From IMG/VR virus record IMGVR_UViG_3300037264_003213, positions 17,848 to 81,847 of that record: a stretch of DNA of 64,000 bases; one strand, given 5' to 3'. Positions 1 through 9,971 of this stretch are shown here, piece after piece (within the stretch, counting starts at the first letter, position 1; every line of letters starts with the position of its first letter). The position numbers and the translations under genes are program-made. The DNA comes from a virus. Under the pieces are notes generated by a model. The model was not told the origin of the DNA. It worked only from the letters and a program-made list of their open reading frames with translations, and ran no database searches.

Positions 1-1
1 A

Positions 2-1655
2 TTCCCAAGTATAGAAAGAGTATCATTTGACGTAGTTGTAGACTTGAGCATAGAACCTATTTGCTTCTGCGAACCACCAAGTTTTGCGCCAATTGGCATA
101 TCAGTAGATTTATCATTTGAGCCTGTTTGTTTCTGCGAACCACCAAGCTTCGATGTAATTAGCTTTGCGCCATTCCCAAACATTGAAAGAGTGTCTTTTG
201 ACGTAGATATTAATTTAAGCCTAGAGCCTGTTTGTTTCTGCGAACCACCAAGCTTCGATGTAATTAGCTTTGCGCCATTTCCAAGTATAGAAAGAGTATC
301 ATTTAACGTAGTTGTAGATTTGAGTATAGACCCTGTTTGCTTCTGTGAACCACCAAATTTTAATTGTATTAGTTTCTGTCCACTGCCAATATTTAATTGT
401 ATAAGCTTCTGTGCATTCCCAAGTATTGGTCCAGTTCACTTTGACGTAGATATTAATTTAAGCATAGAACCAGTTCGCTTTTGTGAACCACCAAACTTTC
501 AATGCATTAGTTTCTGCAATGTTCCAAACTTTAATGTAATTAGTTTTGCACCATTCCCAAGTATTGGTCCAGTTCACTTTGACGTAGATATTAATTTAAG
601 CCTAGAGCCAGTTCGCTTCTGCCAACCACCAAGCTTTCAATGTATTAGTTTCTGCAATGTTCCAAACTTTGATGTAATTAGTTTTGCACCATTCCCAAAT
701 ATTGGAAGGGTGTCTTTTGACGTAGATATTAATTTAAGCCTAGAGCCAGTTCGCTTCTGCCAACCACCAAGCTTTCAATGCATTAGTTTCTGTGAAGTGC
801 CAAGCTTTCAATGTATTAGTTTCTGCACACCGCCAAACTTTGACGTAATTAGCTTTGCGCCATTCCCAAACATTGAAAGGGTGTCATTTGACGTAGTGGT
901 AGATTTAAGCATAGAGCCAGTTTGCTTCTGTGAACCACCAAGTTTTAATGTAATTAGTTTTGCACCATTCCCAAGTATAGAAAGAGTATTATTTGACGTA
1001 GTTGTAGATTTGAGTATAGAACCTGTTTGCTTCTGTGAACCACCAAGTTTTGCGCCAATTGGCATATCAGTAGATTTAACATTTGAGCCTATTTGCTTCT
1101 GCCAACCACCAAGTTTTGCGCCAATTGGCATATCAGTAGATTTAACATTTGAGCCTATTTGCTTCTGCCAACCACCAAACTTTAATTGTATTAGTTTCTG
1201 TCCACCGCCAATATTTAATTGTATAAGCTTCTGTGCATTCCCAAGTATTGGTCCAGTTCACTTTGACGTAGATATTAATTTAAGCCTAGAGCCAGTTCGC
1301 TTTTGTGAACCACCAAGTTTTGCGTGCATTAATTTCTGCAATGTTCCAAACTTTAATTGTATAAGCTTCTGTGCATTCCCAAGTATTGGTCCAGTTCACT
1401 TTGACGTAGATATTAATTTAAGCCTAGAGCCAGTTCGCTTTTGTGAACCACCAAGCTTTAATTGTATTAGTTTCTGCAATGTTCCAAGCTTCGACACATG
1501 CATTAGTTTCTGTCCACCACCGACATTCCCGTGCATTGGTTTCTGTCCACCACCGACATTCCCGTGCATTGGTTTCTGTCCACTACCGACATTCCCGTGC
1601 ATTAACTTCTGTCCACTACCGACATTCCCGTGCATTAGTTTCTGTCCACCACCGA
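2..1655 (+). repeat. Intragenic modular ~33-bp repeats, including a tandem 33-mer run at about 1500-1655
   Basis: Blocks such as ccaagtattggtccagttcactttgacgtagatattaatttaagc recur several times; accgacattcccgtgcatt recurs in tandem. Confidence 0.9.
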
Positions 1656-2308
1656 CTATTATTGTAGATTGGGGGACACCACCTGTTGTACTTGTTAGTA
1701 TTATATGCCCAGAGACTACCCCTCCTGTTCCATTTGCGATGAGGGGAGGCTTCCAGGTCGGGCCAACGATGAGTCCACCTGATGAAGAAGACAGTAATAG
1801 CATTCCAATCACCTTGAATGAGTTATTGCCTTCGGAGATCAAATTGATTGTTCCGAAGATCGACAATATTAAAGTGATGCATGATATTCCAAAAGAAATT
1901 TTCTTGCGGGGTAATCTGCCAGAAGAAATTAGAATAATTGGGCCAAGTCAACCAATACCAGACGCCATTATTATTCGAGGTGATATTCCGAAGAGTATTG
2001 AACTCATTCATAGTTTTCCAGACAGGATTAAACTTGATGCTACTGATATTCCTCGCAAAATTTTGGTCGAGCCTGCACCTAATTTCCCAAGTGTTCTTAA
2101 ACTGGAAATAACAGGGATGCCGCAGACTCTACAGGTTACGGGCATACCAAAAACCATCGAAATTATTGAAAATATTCCAAGAACTATTCAATTAGTGATG
2201 CCTGAGAATCCAGAAGTAATAATGAAGTGGAACGGTATTCCAGTAGAATTAAAACCAAGTCCAGATTTAGAAAAATTGTTAGCTAACTTAGTTATTCCGC
2301 AGAGATAA
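2..2308 (+). CDS. Cys/Pro/Phe-rich 11-residue-repeat protein, probable fibrous virion protein (5'-truncated by window edge)
   Basis: Frame is open from base 2 (FPSIERVSFDVVVDLS...). Repeats EPVCFCEPPSF / DVISFAPFPNI / QCISFCNVPNF / PCIGFCPPPTF; C-terminal part has degenerate IPxxI repeats. Confidence 0.75.
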   Translation, partial: FPSIERVSFDVVVDLSIEPICFCEPPSFAPIGISVDLSFEPVCFCEPPSFDVISFAPFPNIERVSFDVDINLSLEPVCFCEPPSFDVISFAPFPSIERVSFNVVVDLSIDPVCFCEPPNFNCISFCPLPIFNCISFCAFPSIGPVHFDVDINLSIEPVRFCEPPNFQCISFCNVPNFNVISFAPFPSIGPVHFDVDINLSLEPVRFCQPPSFQCISFCNVPNFDVISFAPFPNIGRVSFDVDINLSLEPVRFCQPPSFQCISFCEVPSFQCISFCTPPNFDVISFAPFPNIERVSFDVVVDLSIEPVCFCEPPSFNVISFAPFPSIERVLFDVVVDLSIEPVCFCEPPSFAPIGISVDLTFEPICFCQPPSFAPIGISVDLTFEPICFCQPPNFNCISFCPPPIFNCISFCAFPSIGPVHFDVDINLSLEPVRFCEPPSFACINFCNVPNFNCISFCAFPSIGPVHFDVDINLSLEPVRFCEPPSFNCISFCNVPSFDTCISFCPPPTFPCIGFCPPPTFPCIGFCPLPTFPCINFCPLPTFPCISFCPPPTIIVDWGTPPVVLVSIICPETTPPVPFAMRGGFQVGPTMSPPDEEDSNSIPITLNELLPSEIKLIVPKIDNIKVMHDIPKEIFLRGNLPEEIRIIGPSQPIPDAIIIRGDIPKSIELIHSFPDRIKLDATDIPRKILVEPAPNFPSVLKLEITGMPQTLQVTGIPKTIEIIENIPRTIQLVMPENPEVIMKWNGIPVELKPSPDLEKLLANLVIPQR

Positions 2309-2310
2309 AC

Positions 2311-3135
2311 ATGACAATTAAAAAACACATAAACAAGAATGAATATTGCTTGTCAAAGTCTGGCCATTGGGTTAGAAACTTTTCTAATCAATTTGTTAAA
2401 CCAATTGATATTAATGATATCACACCATTAGAAGATATAAAGTTGATACTTGAAAATGAATTCAAGAACAGTATAAAAAGATATCAAATTATGGAGGATA
2501 CGATACATGAGAAGGCAGTAATTATTGGGGACGGTTACGGGTTTGAGGAAAGTGTTAAAGCAATCGAAGACCTTCCGCCTGAAGTCATGGTAATCGGAGT
2601 GAATAAAGCCTTTGCCAAATGGACAAGCCAAAGGCGGCTCAATTACTATGTAGTAAATAATCCATATCAGGATTGTTTATACTATTATCCACAAATTATA
2701 ACATCATGGCCAACATGCATTGCATCAATAAGAACCAACGCTCATTTCTTGGAAATATATAAAGGTTTATTATATATTTACTCTCCTGTGAGTGGGGAGA
2801 TATACAGCGGGCCACATGACGAAAAAACTTACTTTGTTGATGATTATAGAAACTCTATTTGTGCTGCAATTGGGTTGTGTCACAAATTTAAAGTTAGAAA
2901 ATTAATGATGATGTCCACACTGGAAATGTATAAAGAGGAACGATCTGGAACGGTGTCTGTCAAGGATGGATTGTGGACTTATCCACAACAGAAAATAGCA
3001 CATGACTTAATCGACGCCAATCTTTATTGGATGCAAAAGGCAAAAATTGATGTAGGCTACACTAACTCAGGTCTAGATTATGAGTTTGCTACATATATAA
3101 ATCTAGCTGATTTGAAAAGGTTTTTTAATGGATAA
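2311..3135 (+). CDS. DUF115/MAF-like (glycosyltransferase-like) protein
   Basis: AVIIGDGYG...VIGVNKA...YYVVNNP resembles the GxGPS...IGVN signature of DUF115/MAF-type transferases. Confidence 0.5.
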   Translation: MTIKKHINKNEYCLSKSGHWVRNFSNQFVKPIDINDITPLEDIKLILENEFKNSIKRYQIMEDTIHEKAVIIGDGYGFEESVKAIEDLPPEVMVIGVNKAFAKWTSQRRLNYYVVNNPYQDCLYYYPQIITSWPTCIASIRTNAHFLEIYKGLLYIYSPVSGEIYSGPHDEKTYFVDDYRNSICAAIGLCHKFKVRKLMMMSTLEMYKEERSGTVSVKDGLWTYPQQKIAHDLIDANLYWMQKAKIDVGYTNSGLDYEFATYINLADLKRFFNG

Positions 3136-3445
3136 AAATAGTAGGAAGGAACCTAATTTTTCACTAAATGATTTTAGAAAGTGGATGGGCAAACAAAAAT
3201 TTGAATCTCGTAAACCAAAGTACCGAGGCTGCATTGTCGAGTCTAAACTAAGCTTGAAAAGGCTGGTAAGCAAGATGGACGTGGACCAAGGTGAGCTTTA
3301 CGAGATGGCCAAGGATTTCAAGCGTAGAGGTGGCACGATCCTTGAATGCGACAATGATAACATTCTGCTGGTAGAAGTTAGATCGGGCACATTTAGAATA
3401 CCAAAGTTCTTCGTTAGTGTTCTTAACTCATACGGCGAATCATAG
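3128..3445 (+). CDS. hypothetical protein
   Basis: 105-aa ORF overlapping the upstream stop. Confidence 0.7.
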   Translation: MDKNSRKEPNFSLNDFRKWMGKQKFESRKPKYRGCIVESKLSLKRLVSKMDVDQGELYEMAKDFKRRGGTILECDNDNILLVEVRSGTFRIPKFFVSVLNSYGES

Positions 3446-3782
3446 TCTTATTTTTATTTAACTTAACTGCCACTACTTTTGATAGTTCTGACGCAGAAAA
3501 GTTAATCAGGGGAGTATTTGTTGATGGGGGCGCATTGACACCCCTTTTGTGTAATTTATCTCGCAACTGTAAATAATCATCAGCACTTTCGAGCCAAGGT
3601 TCCCATTCCATGCGGTGGCTTTCAATCACCTTCTCCAAATCAGTCCGCTCTTGAGAAGACATCCCTAATACGCCCAAATCCGATAGCCTTGACGCCTGAA
3701 ATTGATGTGTACTGATTACACTACCGATAACTTTAGCGTCTCCTTTATTCCTCTTGATGAGGTAAAGATACACTTTTCCCAT
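3423..3782 (-). CDS. hypothetical protein
   Basis: ORF with GGAG Shine-Dalgarno before MGKVYL at 3782. Confidence 0.7.
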   Translation of the reverse strand: MGKVYLYLIKRNKGDAKVIGSVISTHQFQASRLSDLGVLGMSSQERTDLEKVIESHRMEWEPWLESADDYLQLRDKLHKRGVNAPPSTNTPLINFSASELSKVVAVKLNKNKTMIRRMS

Positions 3783-3913
3783 ATTTTTTCTCCAAAACAA
3801 CCTTAAAGAAAATCTCTAACACCATTTTACTATGATAGTCAAAAGGTTCAAATTGCTTGAAGAAGCAATCAAAACTTTCATAAGCTAGTTTAGTTTTTTC
3901 TTGAGATTCTGTC

Positions 3914-4222
3914 ATGACCATACCTTTCACTCAATATCTAGATATTAAAGACAAGTATTGCCTGGCTTATTTTGGTGATGACAAAGAATTACTTTCCAAA
4001 ATGCTAGAAGCTAGGGAATATATCGAAAAAGAACTTAAAGGCTTAAAAATATTCATCGCCTGTAAGGATACATCAGTATTACAAGGCGAACGAAATATTA
4101 TTTTTGAGTCAACTATGCCTTATTTTAAAGGCAAAATAGCTCATATGTGTAATTTGGAAAAAAAAGAAGACTTAAAATCGCTTTTAGATGAATCAAAAAT
4201 ACCAATTCCTAAAGATTTCTAA
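3914..4222 (+). CDS. hypothetical protein
   Basis: 102-aa ORF. Confidence 0.65.
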   Translation: MTIPFTQYLDIKDKYCLAYFGDDKELLSKMLEAREYIEKELKGLKIFIACKDTSVLQGERNIIFESTMPYFKGKIAHMCNLEKKEDLKSLLDESKIPIPKDF

Positions 4223-4290
4223 CAAGAAATTAAACAACAATTATATATACATTCAGACAGACAGACCAGACTAAACAAGGAGTCAGTTTA

Positions 4291-4893
4291 ATGAGTGTTT
4301 TTAAGGTACATTTAAATTACCCAGGCAAACAGGGTTATCTAGATTTTAACCCAGCAACAGCAAGCCCAGGCTTTTTAGGCAATCAGATGCAGCCTTCGAA
4401 GCAGCGCACTATGTTTTGCGCTGGCCCGAACAGAATTTATCGGGAATTATTCGACGGTCAGGTATTCACGGATTGCAACTATTGGAAGCGTTTTGCTTTC
4501 CCACAGGTTCCCCAGGAAACTGCTTTCATCGAAGTCCTAACAGATGACGGAAGTATTTACTCGGATATCCCAGGCGAAAACACCTTCCCAAAGGTTTTCT
4601 ATCCATATTCAGTTCTTGCAGCCGATACATTTGCAACCAATTTTATCGACATTGTTGGAACTTATGGTGCAGCAGCAACATTCGTTCAGATTACCAACTT
4701 AGGCACTATTGCTAACCAGGACATTACTGTTCAGCTTAACGGCGACGTTTCAGCAGTTATGTTACTAGCAAACGGCGATACACAGGTTTTCAATGCTGGT
4801 GACTTGGCAGTAACCAAGCTAGCATTTGACGGTGGCGTAGCAACAACCACACTACAGATCGTTCTATCCCTAACAGTTCAGTGCAACAGCTAA
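4291..4893 (+). CDS. probable virion structural protein
   Basis: AAGGAG SD, upstream TATATATA, Ala/Thr/Gly/Val-rich beta-type C-terminus, own terminator. Confidence 0.55.
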   Translation: MSVFKVHLNYPGKQGYLDFNPATASPGFLGNQMQPSKQRTMFCAGPNRIYRELFDGQVFTDCNYWKRFAFPQVPQETAFIEVLTDDGSIYSDIPGENTFPKVFYPYSVLAADTFATNFIDIVGTYGAAATFVQITNLGTIANQDITVQLNGDVSAVMLLANGDTQVFNAGDLAVTKLAFDGGVATTTLQIVLSLTVQCNS

Positions 4894-4907
4894 TAGGATT
4901 TAATCCG

Positions 4908-4944
4908 AAAAATAAGCCACCTAATTAGGTGGCTTATTTTTTTT
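4908..4944 (+). terminator. rho-independent terminator
   Basis: aaaaataagccacct-aatt-aggtggcttatttttttt. Confidence 0.85.
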
Positions 4945-4957
4945 ACTATATTAGTTC

Positions 4958-5971
4958 ATGATACTAGGATTAAAAAAGAAACCAAAGCCAGTAGAAAATA
5001 CCTTGCGAAGCTTCTATGACAAACGCAATAAAATACTACTTATTCGTGACGCAAGGGGCATTGGTGACATTTTGAATTGCAGGATGTTATTCAAAAATTT
5101 CAAAGATCAATGCCCTGATTTACACCTGACATTCGCTTGCTTCCCTCAATACGCGGAATTGGTGCAAGACCACCCTTATCTGGATGCCGTCATTGCTATT
5201 AAAGACATAAACAAAAACGACTACATGACTTCGTATGATATCAGCAAATGCTGTATTCAGTATGAATCCAAGGAAATGAGCAGGAACGTCAAGCATCGAG
5301 CAGAAATATGGGCAGATTTTTGCGGCATTAAGCTGGAAGATCACAACATGCATTTACCATATATCAGCAAAGAAAAAATGCTCGAAGGAAGATCGGTAAT
5401 AAACAATCTAACCAAGAAAAAGAGCGTATTTTTCTCACCGTTGGCATTCGAAAATCTAAGGTCTTTGCCCGCCGACCTAATAAAAGAGACGGTAAAGCTA
5501 CTCAGAAACAAAGGGCTATTTGTTTATTCGGCACATAATGCTCCTTTAGAGCAATTGTCCAGCTTGGGAGTTCCTGTGTTGATAGGCAAGTCAGTATCGG
5601 ATTGGATGAGTTTTATTCATGCGGCGGATTACGTTGTAACGGTAGATACTTCGAATTTCCATTATGCGGGAGCTATTGGCAAGCCAATGACAGGTATTTT
5701 TACACACGTTGACGGAAAATTAAGGGGTAAATTTTACGACTTTATCCTGGTGCAGCATCATAGAAATAATGGGAATTGGCCTTGCGGTGGCCCTTGTTAT
5801 AATTATTTATATTGTTCACATCCTAACTGTGTCGAACCAATTATTGGTCCGAATAACCAAAGAACGCCATTAGGATTACGTCCATGTTTAACAGAATTAA
5901 CTATAGAAATGATTCAAGAAGGTATTAACTCTATGTTGAAGAAATGGCCTTTGCAATTAAGCATGGATTAA
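4958..5971 (+). CDS. glycosyltransferase family 9 (heptosyltransferase-like)
   Basis: RGIGDIL and ADYVVTVDTSNFHYAGAIGKP motifs, Cys-rich C-terminal loop. Confidence 0.85.
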   Translation: MILGLKKKPKPVENTLRSFYDKRNKILLIRDARGIGDILNCRMLFKNFKDQCPDLHLTFACFPQYAELVQDHPYLDAVIAIKDINKNDYMTSYDISKCCIQYESKEMSRNVKHRAEIWADFCGIKLEDHNMHLPYISKEKMLEGRSVINNLTKKKSVFFSPLAFENLRSLPADLIKETVKLLRNKGLFVYSAHNAPLEQLSSLGVPVLIGKSVSDWMSFIHAADYVVTVDTSNFHYAGAIGKPMTGIFTHVDGKLRGKFYDFILVQHHRNNGNWPCGGPCYNYLYCSHPNCVEPIIGPNNQRTPLGLRPCLTELTIEMIQEGINSMLKKWPLQLSMD

Positions 5972-6533
5972 TGTTTTTTTTATTACAAAATTCTTTGACT
6001 AATGACGCTAGAGAATTAACAAAAACCTCTTCTGAAATTACTTGGTGTAAAAGACAATTAAATTTTTTACCAATTTGTCTATTTTCAATATCCCCCCTCC
6101 TTGCAGAGTTGTCAGACTGGGGGATTATTCTTAGATTTGATAATTCATAATTACCTTCAGAATCCATACGGTCAACACTAGGACGAACACCAGGGTTATC
6201 TTGCATAAATTTAGTTATTTCTGGAACCGCCCACTCCATAAATTCAGGACGAATAATTTTAAGTTTTACATTTTTATAACTAGGATATACTTCTTCATTA
6301 CTTGTCCTTCTTACCATTCCCCGCCATGCTGTTGCTGCTTTGCCATACGGCGTTGAATTTATTTTTTTTGCGCGTTTCCTTTTAGACGCTTTGCCATTTT
6401 CAGTTCTAACGTAATTTCTAACATCTTGCAAAAGACATATTTTACACCTACTTGTTTTACCATCACCAGCACGCTTGTCAGTAAAAAATTCATTTAAATT
6501 TTTACTTATTTTACATTTGGTACATTTTTTCAT
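5931..6533 (-). CDS. HNH-type homing endonuclease with N-terminal zinc finger
   Basis: KKCTKCKISK...SRCKIC and PSVDRMDSEGNYELSNLRII; likely start MKKCTKC at 6533. Confidence 0.8.
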   Translation of the reverse strand: MKKCTKCKISKNLNEFFTDKRAGDGKTSRCKICLLQDVRNYVRTENGKASKRKRAKKINSTPYGKAATAWRGMVRRTSNEEVYPSYKNVKLKIIRPEFMEWAVPEITKFMQDNPGVRPSVDRMDSEGNYELSNLRIIPQSDNSARRGDIENRQIGKKFNCLLHQVISEEVFVNSLASLVKEFCNKKNINPCLIAKAISST

Positions 6534-6625
6534 AATATGAAGTATATACGCAATTTCAAAAACTGTCAATATCTAAAATTGGCATTTTGAAATTTTTATT
6601 TTAAAAATTAACTATATAATTAGTT

Positions 6626-6862
6626 ATGGGAGATTTAATAAGGCCCACTAAAATTCGTGTGGTAACTAGAGAAGGAGAATGTCAGTTAAATATAACAATA
6701 GACCTGAACATTAACCTGAATACTGGTACTGTCGATTTACAATCCGCTCAAGCCAACAAAATAGAGAAACCAATAGAAGATGAAGATAAGACAGTTTGGG
6801 CCATACCGACTTTCAAATCAGAAGACAAAGTAAAGTTTGGTAAAAGAAAAGAACAGGAGTAA
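6626..6862 (+). CDS. hypothetical protein
   Basis: 78-aa ORF with TATATA upstream. Confidence 0.7.
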   Translation: MGDLIRPTKIRVVTREGECQLNITIDLNINLNTGTVDLQSAQANKIEKPIEDEDKTVWAIPTFKSEDKVKFGKRKEQE

Positions 6863-6912
6863 GATTCCCAAATAATTTCAGTTTTGGTAAAATGAAAGAA
6901 AAGGAGTGAAAA

Positions 6913-7629
6913 ATGATAGGAATATACGGCATTAAAAACAAGGTAAATCTGAAAACTTATGTTGGACAAAGCATTACAATACCATATCGTTTTACAATTC
7001 ATCAAAAACATCTAATGGAAAACCGCCACTTTAATTCATGTTTGCAAGAAGAGTTCAATCAATTTGGAATAAATAATTTTGATTTCTTGGTTTTAGAAAA
7101 ATGTCAGGATGATCTTCTTGATGAAAAAGAAAAGCAATGGATAAAGGAATTAAGAGAAACAACTGGCGTATATAACGTAAGAGCAGGAGGAGAGAATTTA
7201 AGGGGAAACAATAACCCATTTTTTGGTAAGAAACACACAGATGAGGCTAAGAATAAAATGTCCGTAAGTAAATCAAAAATGTATGTCGGCTCAAATAATC
7301 CAAACTATGGAAAACAACAAACGCATAGCACAAAATTAAAAATGGCAATAAATAATAGTGGCACAAAATTAAATCCTGATAAGGTTCTAGAAATTAAAAA
7401 TTGTTTACTTGCTGGAGAAGACCATTTATTCATAGCAAATAAATACAAAATAAGTAGAACTGTAATTACCAGAATTTCTAACGGCACAAGATGGAGTAAT
7501 ATAACTGGAGGACCAGTTATGCCAGTTGTTTACAATGATGCTGGAATAAGACAATTATCCACCACTCATAAAATGAGAATAGGGAAATCTCATCAAGGAA
7601 TGAAATACAAAAGAAAGGTGGTAATATAA
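6913..7629 (+). CDS. GIY-YIG homing endonuclease with NUMOD3 repeats
   Basis: GIYGIKN...YVGQS, catalytic EKEKQWI, GVYN, NPFFGKKHTDEAKNKMS. Confidence 0.9.
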   Translation: MIGIYGIKNKVNLKTYVGQSITIPYRFTIHQKHLMENRHFNSCLQEEFNQFGINNFDFLVLEKCQDDLLDEKEKQWIKELRETTGVYNVRAGGENLRGNNNPFFGKKHTDEAKNKMSVSKSKMYVGSNNPNYGKQQTHSTKLKMAINNSGTKLNPDKVLEIKNCLLAGEDHLFIANKYKISRTVITRISNGTRWSNITGGPVMPVVYNDAGIRQLSTTHKMRIGKSHQGMKYKRKVVI

Positions 7630-8646
7630 ATGCCATGTGGTTTTGATGCTGGAACCTACAATCTTGTGTGCTGCACAAGGGATGACAAGAAAAACTTCGT
7701 TTACGACCGAGAAGTAAATGCATTCTTGGAAATACCACTAGAAGATCGTTTGGTTTTCCAAATGATGAAAACAGTCGGTGTGCCGTTAATCGAAAGAGAA
7801 AAGACAAAGAAAGCTTATGCTCTTGGCGAGAAAGCGGTTCGCATGGCTTATACATTGGCGCAACTGGAACTTAAACGACCAATGCGAGACGGCTGTGTAA
7901 ATTCAAAAGAAAAAGAAGCTTACGAAGTCATGAGTATTATGATTCATAGCTTGTTAGAAGGCAACGTTAATAGTCCCAATGACGTGCTTTATTACAGCGT
8001 GCCAGCTAACGCAATTAACGAAGAAACTGACACTGAATTCCACACAAAAGTCTTGGAGTCTATCTTTATGGCTTATGAATCCGACAACAAATACAAGGTA
8101 AAAGCTTTACCAATTAACGAAGGCTTAGCTCTTGTTTATGCAGAACTCAAAGCTGACAACTACACGGGTATTGGTATTTCTTTCGGAGCAGGCATGGTTA
8201 ATCTATGCTTCTCTATGTTCGGTGTTCCTGTATTCACATTTGCAATCGTCAATAGTGGTGACTGGATTGACAAAATGGCAGCAAAGGCCACTGGCGAAAG
8301 TACCACCTTCATAAACCAAGAAAAAACTAAAATCAATCTAAACGTTGAGCCAACCAACTTGGTTGAGCGCGCTATTCAGACTCAATATAGAATCATGATC
8401 GAAAAGACCGTTAATGTCATTAAGAAAGGTTTAAGTGAAGTGGGCAAGAAGGCACGCTCAGACATGCCTGTTAATATTGTCATAGCGGGCGGCACCTCTT
8501 TGCCAATAGGATTTGATACGTTGTTTAGAGATATAATTAAGCAGGCAGAACTTCCAATCCAGATTGGGACTATTGTAAGACCAGATGATCCATTATTTAG
8601 CGTTGCCAGGGGATGCTTGGTAGCAGCGGAGAATTCTTTGCAATGA
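7630..8646 (+). CDS. actin-fold (ParM/MreB/MamK-like) ATPase
   Basis: Phosphate-1 GFDAGTYN, connect INEGLA, phosphate-2 GISFGAGMVN, adenosine IAGGTS, C-terminal SVARG. Confidence 0.8.
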   Translation: MPCGFDAGTYNLVCCTRDDKKNFVYDREVNAFLEIPLEDRLVFQMMKTVGVPLIEREKTKKAYALGEKAVRMAYTLAQLELKRPMRDGCVNSKEKEAYEVMSIMIHSLLEGNVNSPNDVLYYSVPANAINEETDTEFHTKVLESIFMAYESDNKYKVKALPINEGLALVYAELKADNYTGIGISFGAGMVNLCFSMFGVPVFTFAIVNSGDWIDKMAAKATGESTTFINQEKTKINLNVEPTNLVERAIQTQYRIMIEKTVNVIKKGLSEVGKKARSDMPVNIVIAGGTSLPIGFDTLFRDIIKQAELPIQIGTIVRPDDPLFSVARGCLVAAENSLQ

Positions 8647-8889
8647 TTATTTCTTTTTCATTAAATCGGTGGTGCTTTGTGGGTAATTCTTCTCAACATG
8701 TTTAGTTAATAAGTGTTTAGCAGCAAGGTATGCAGGTAATATTGCCGCTGGACCGCCGATAGTACCACCTGCAAGACCACCTAGTATAGACCCACCCATA
8801 GGAATTGCTAACGACAATATCTTAGAGCCAATACCTTCACGGTTCTTTTCTTTCTTCTCTTTTTCCTCTAACCATGTTCTAAATTCCAT
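8647..8889 (-). CDS. small glycine-zipper protein with capsid-targeting-like N-terminus
   Basis: MEFRTWLEE...; GGSILGGLAGGTIGG. Confidence 0.65.
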   Translation of the reverse strand: MEFRTWLEEKEKKEKNREGIGSKILSLAIPMGGSILGGLAGGTIGGPAAILPAYLAAKHLLTKHVEKNYPQSTTDLMKKK

Positions 8890-9079
8890 GACTTATATAT
8901 ACTACAAATTAATTACTATGCTTAAAAATTATTCATTACTGTTGGTAAAAATTATTAAATATGACATATATAAAATGCAAACCCTTATAAGTGTTCAGGT
9001 TGTATGGAATGATTCCATTATATTTGGGCCTCGTTGCTAGACGAAGTAAGGCATTTTGTTAATTAGAAAGGTTAGAAAA

Positions 9080-9679
9080 ATGAAAAATTATGATGATGAT
9101 GTAGCAATACATCCAGAGCAAGAACCTGATGTGGTTGCCTTGAGTAACCAAAACGTTCAGGAAGTGAAAGACATTATTCGGAACGCTGAGAAAGCTGAAG
9201 AAGAATGGCGTAAGGAAAAACTTCAAGAAGCCTTGGATGACATCCAAGAAGCTTGTGGCAAAAAAGGAAAGGAACCTAAGCTTTTGTATGATGACGAATC
9301 CAGCGATTGTTGCTTACCTAACTTAAATGGAGCAAGACAAACGTTTGGTTTTCGCAAAGATGTGGATGAATTCGCTTTATGGCGAAGGTTAGCTAGTGTA
9401 AAAGCTGGCAGTAATATAGACCCGCAAGTTTTCTGTCCTACCAACGACTTAATGGAATACATTATTATTAAACTCAATAAGTCATTCCCTAATCTAAACC
9501 TGACTTGGAGCGAAGAATCTTGGAATCCATGCTTACAAATCAATGGTTGTTTAACAAAGATTAGCATGGAAAAAATAGCTCTGGCTTATCAAGGTTTGTT
9601 GAATGTTGCAGATGAATTAAATGTGCAACCCATAATCTGTAATATTATTGCTAAAAAACTTGAAGAGTTATTCATTTAA
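9080..9679 (+). CDS. hypothetical protein
   Basis: GAAAGG SD before MKNYDDD at 9080. Confidence 0.7.
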   Translation: MKNYDDDVAIHPEQEPDVVALSNQNVQEVKDIIRNAEKAEEEWRKEKLQEALDDIQEACGKKGKEPKLLYDDESSDCCLPNLNGARQTFGFRKDVDEFALWRRLASVKAGSNIDPQVFCPTNDLMEYIIIKLNKSFPNLNLTWSEESWNPCLQINGCLTKISMEKIALAYQGLLNVADELNVQPIICNIIAKKLEELFI

Positions 9680-9690
9680 GTGTAAGTCCG

Positions 9691-9720
9691 TGGGTCTTGG
9701 AGTAATATCCAAGGCCCACA
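9691..9720. promoter_or_regulatory. intergenic hairpin (terminator or RNA-stability element)
   Basis: gtgggtcttgga-gtaata-tccaaggcccac; no U-tract. Confidence 0.5.
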
Positions 9721-9744
9721 TATTATAGAATCGAAAGGAATAGA

Positions 9745-9963
9745 ATGGGCGTACAGAAATTAATTGGTGATCTAGGTGCAGCGGCGTATTACATGATGCA
9801 TAAATATGAAGCTATTGGAAAAAAGGGTAAGAATATAGTATTTGAAATTGATGACAAAGATATAGAAGAATTCGACAGATTATATAGGAAATACCTTAAT
9901 AGTGAATTCCATCGCTTTGATTCTTGTTTAATGTCCTTGAAAAAACTGCCCGAAACTAACTAA
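9745..9963 (+). CDS. DUF5659-like small protein
   Basis: DLGAAAY...IVFEI pattern. Confidence 0.5.
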   Translation: MGVQKLIGDLGAAAYYMMHKYEAIGKKGKNIVFEIDDKDIEEFDRLYRKYLNSEFHRFDSCLMSLKKLPETN

Positions 9964-9971
9964 ATATTGGC

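Noticed and set aside
2-1655. Diversity-generating retroelement TR/VR pair
   Set aside because: Differences between repeats are not adenine-specific and no reverse transcriptase is present in the window
6863-7629. Group I intron around the GIY-YIG gene
   Set aside because: Flanking genes look complete, the endonuclease has its own SD and abuts the next ATG, leaving no room for an intron core
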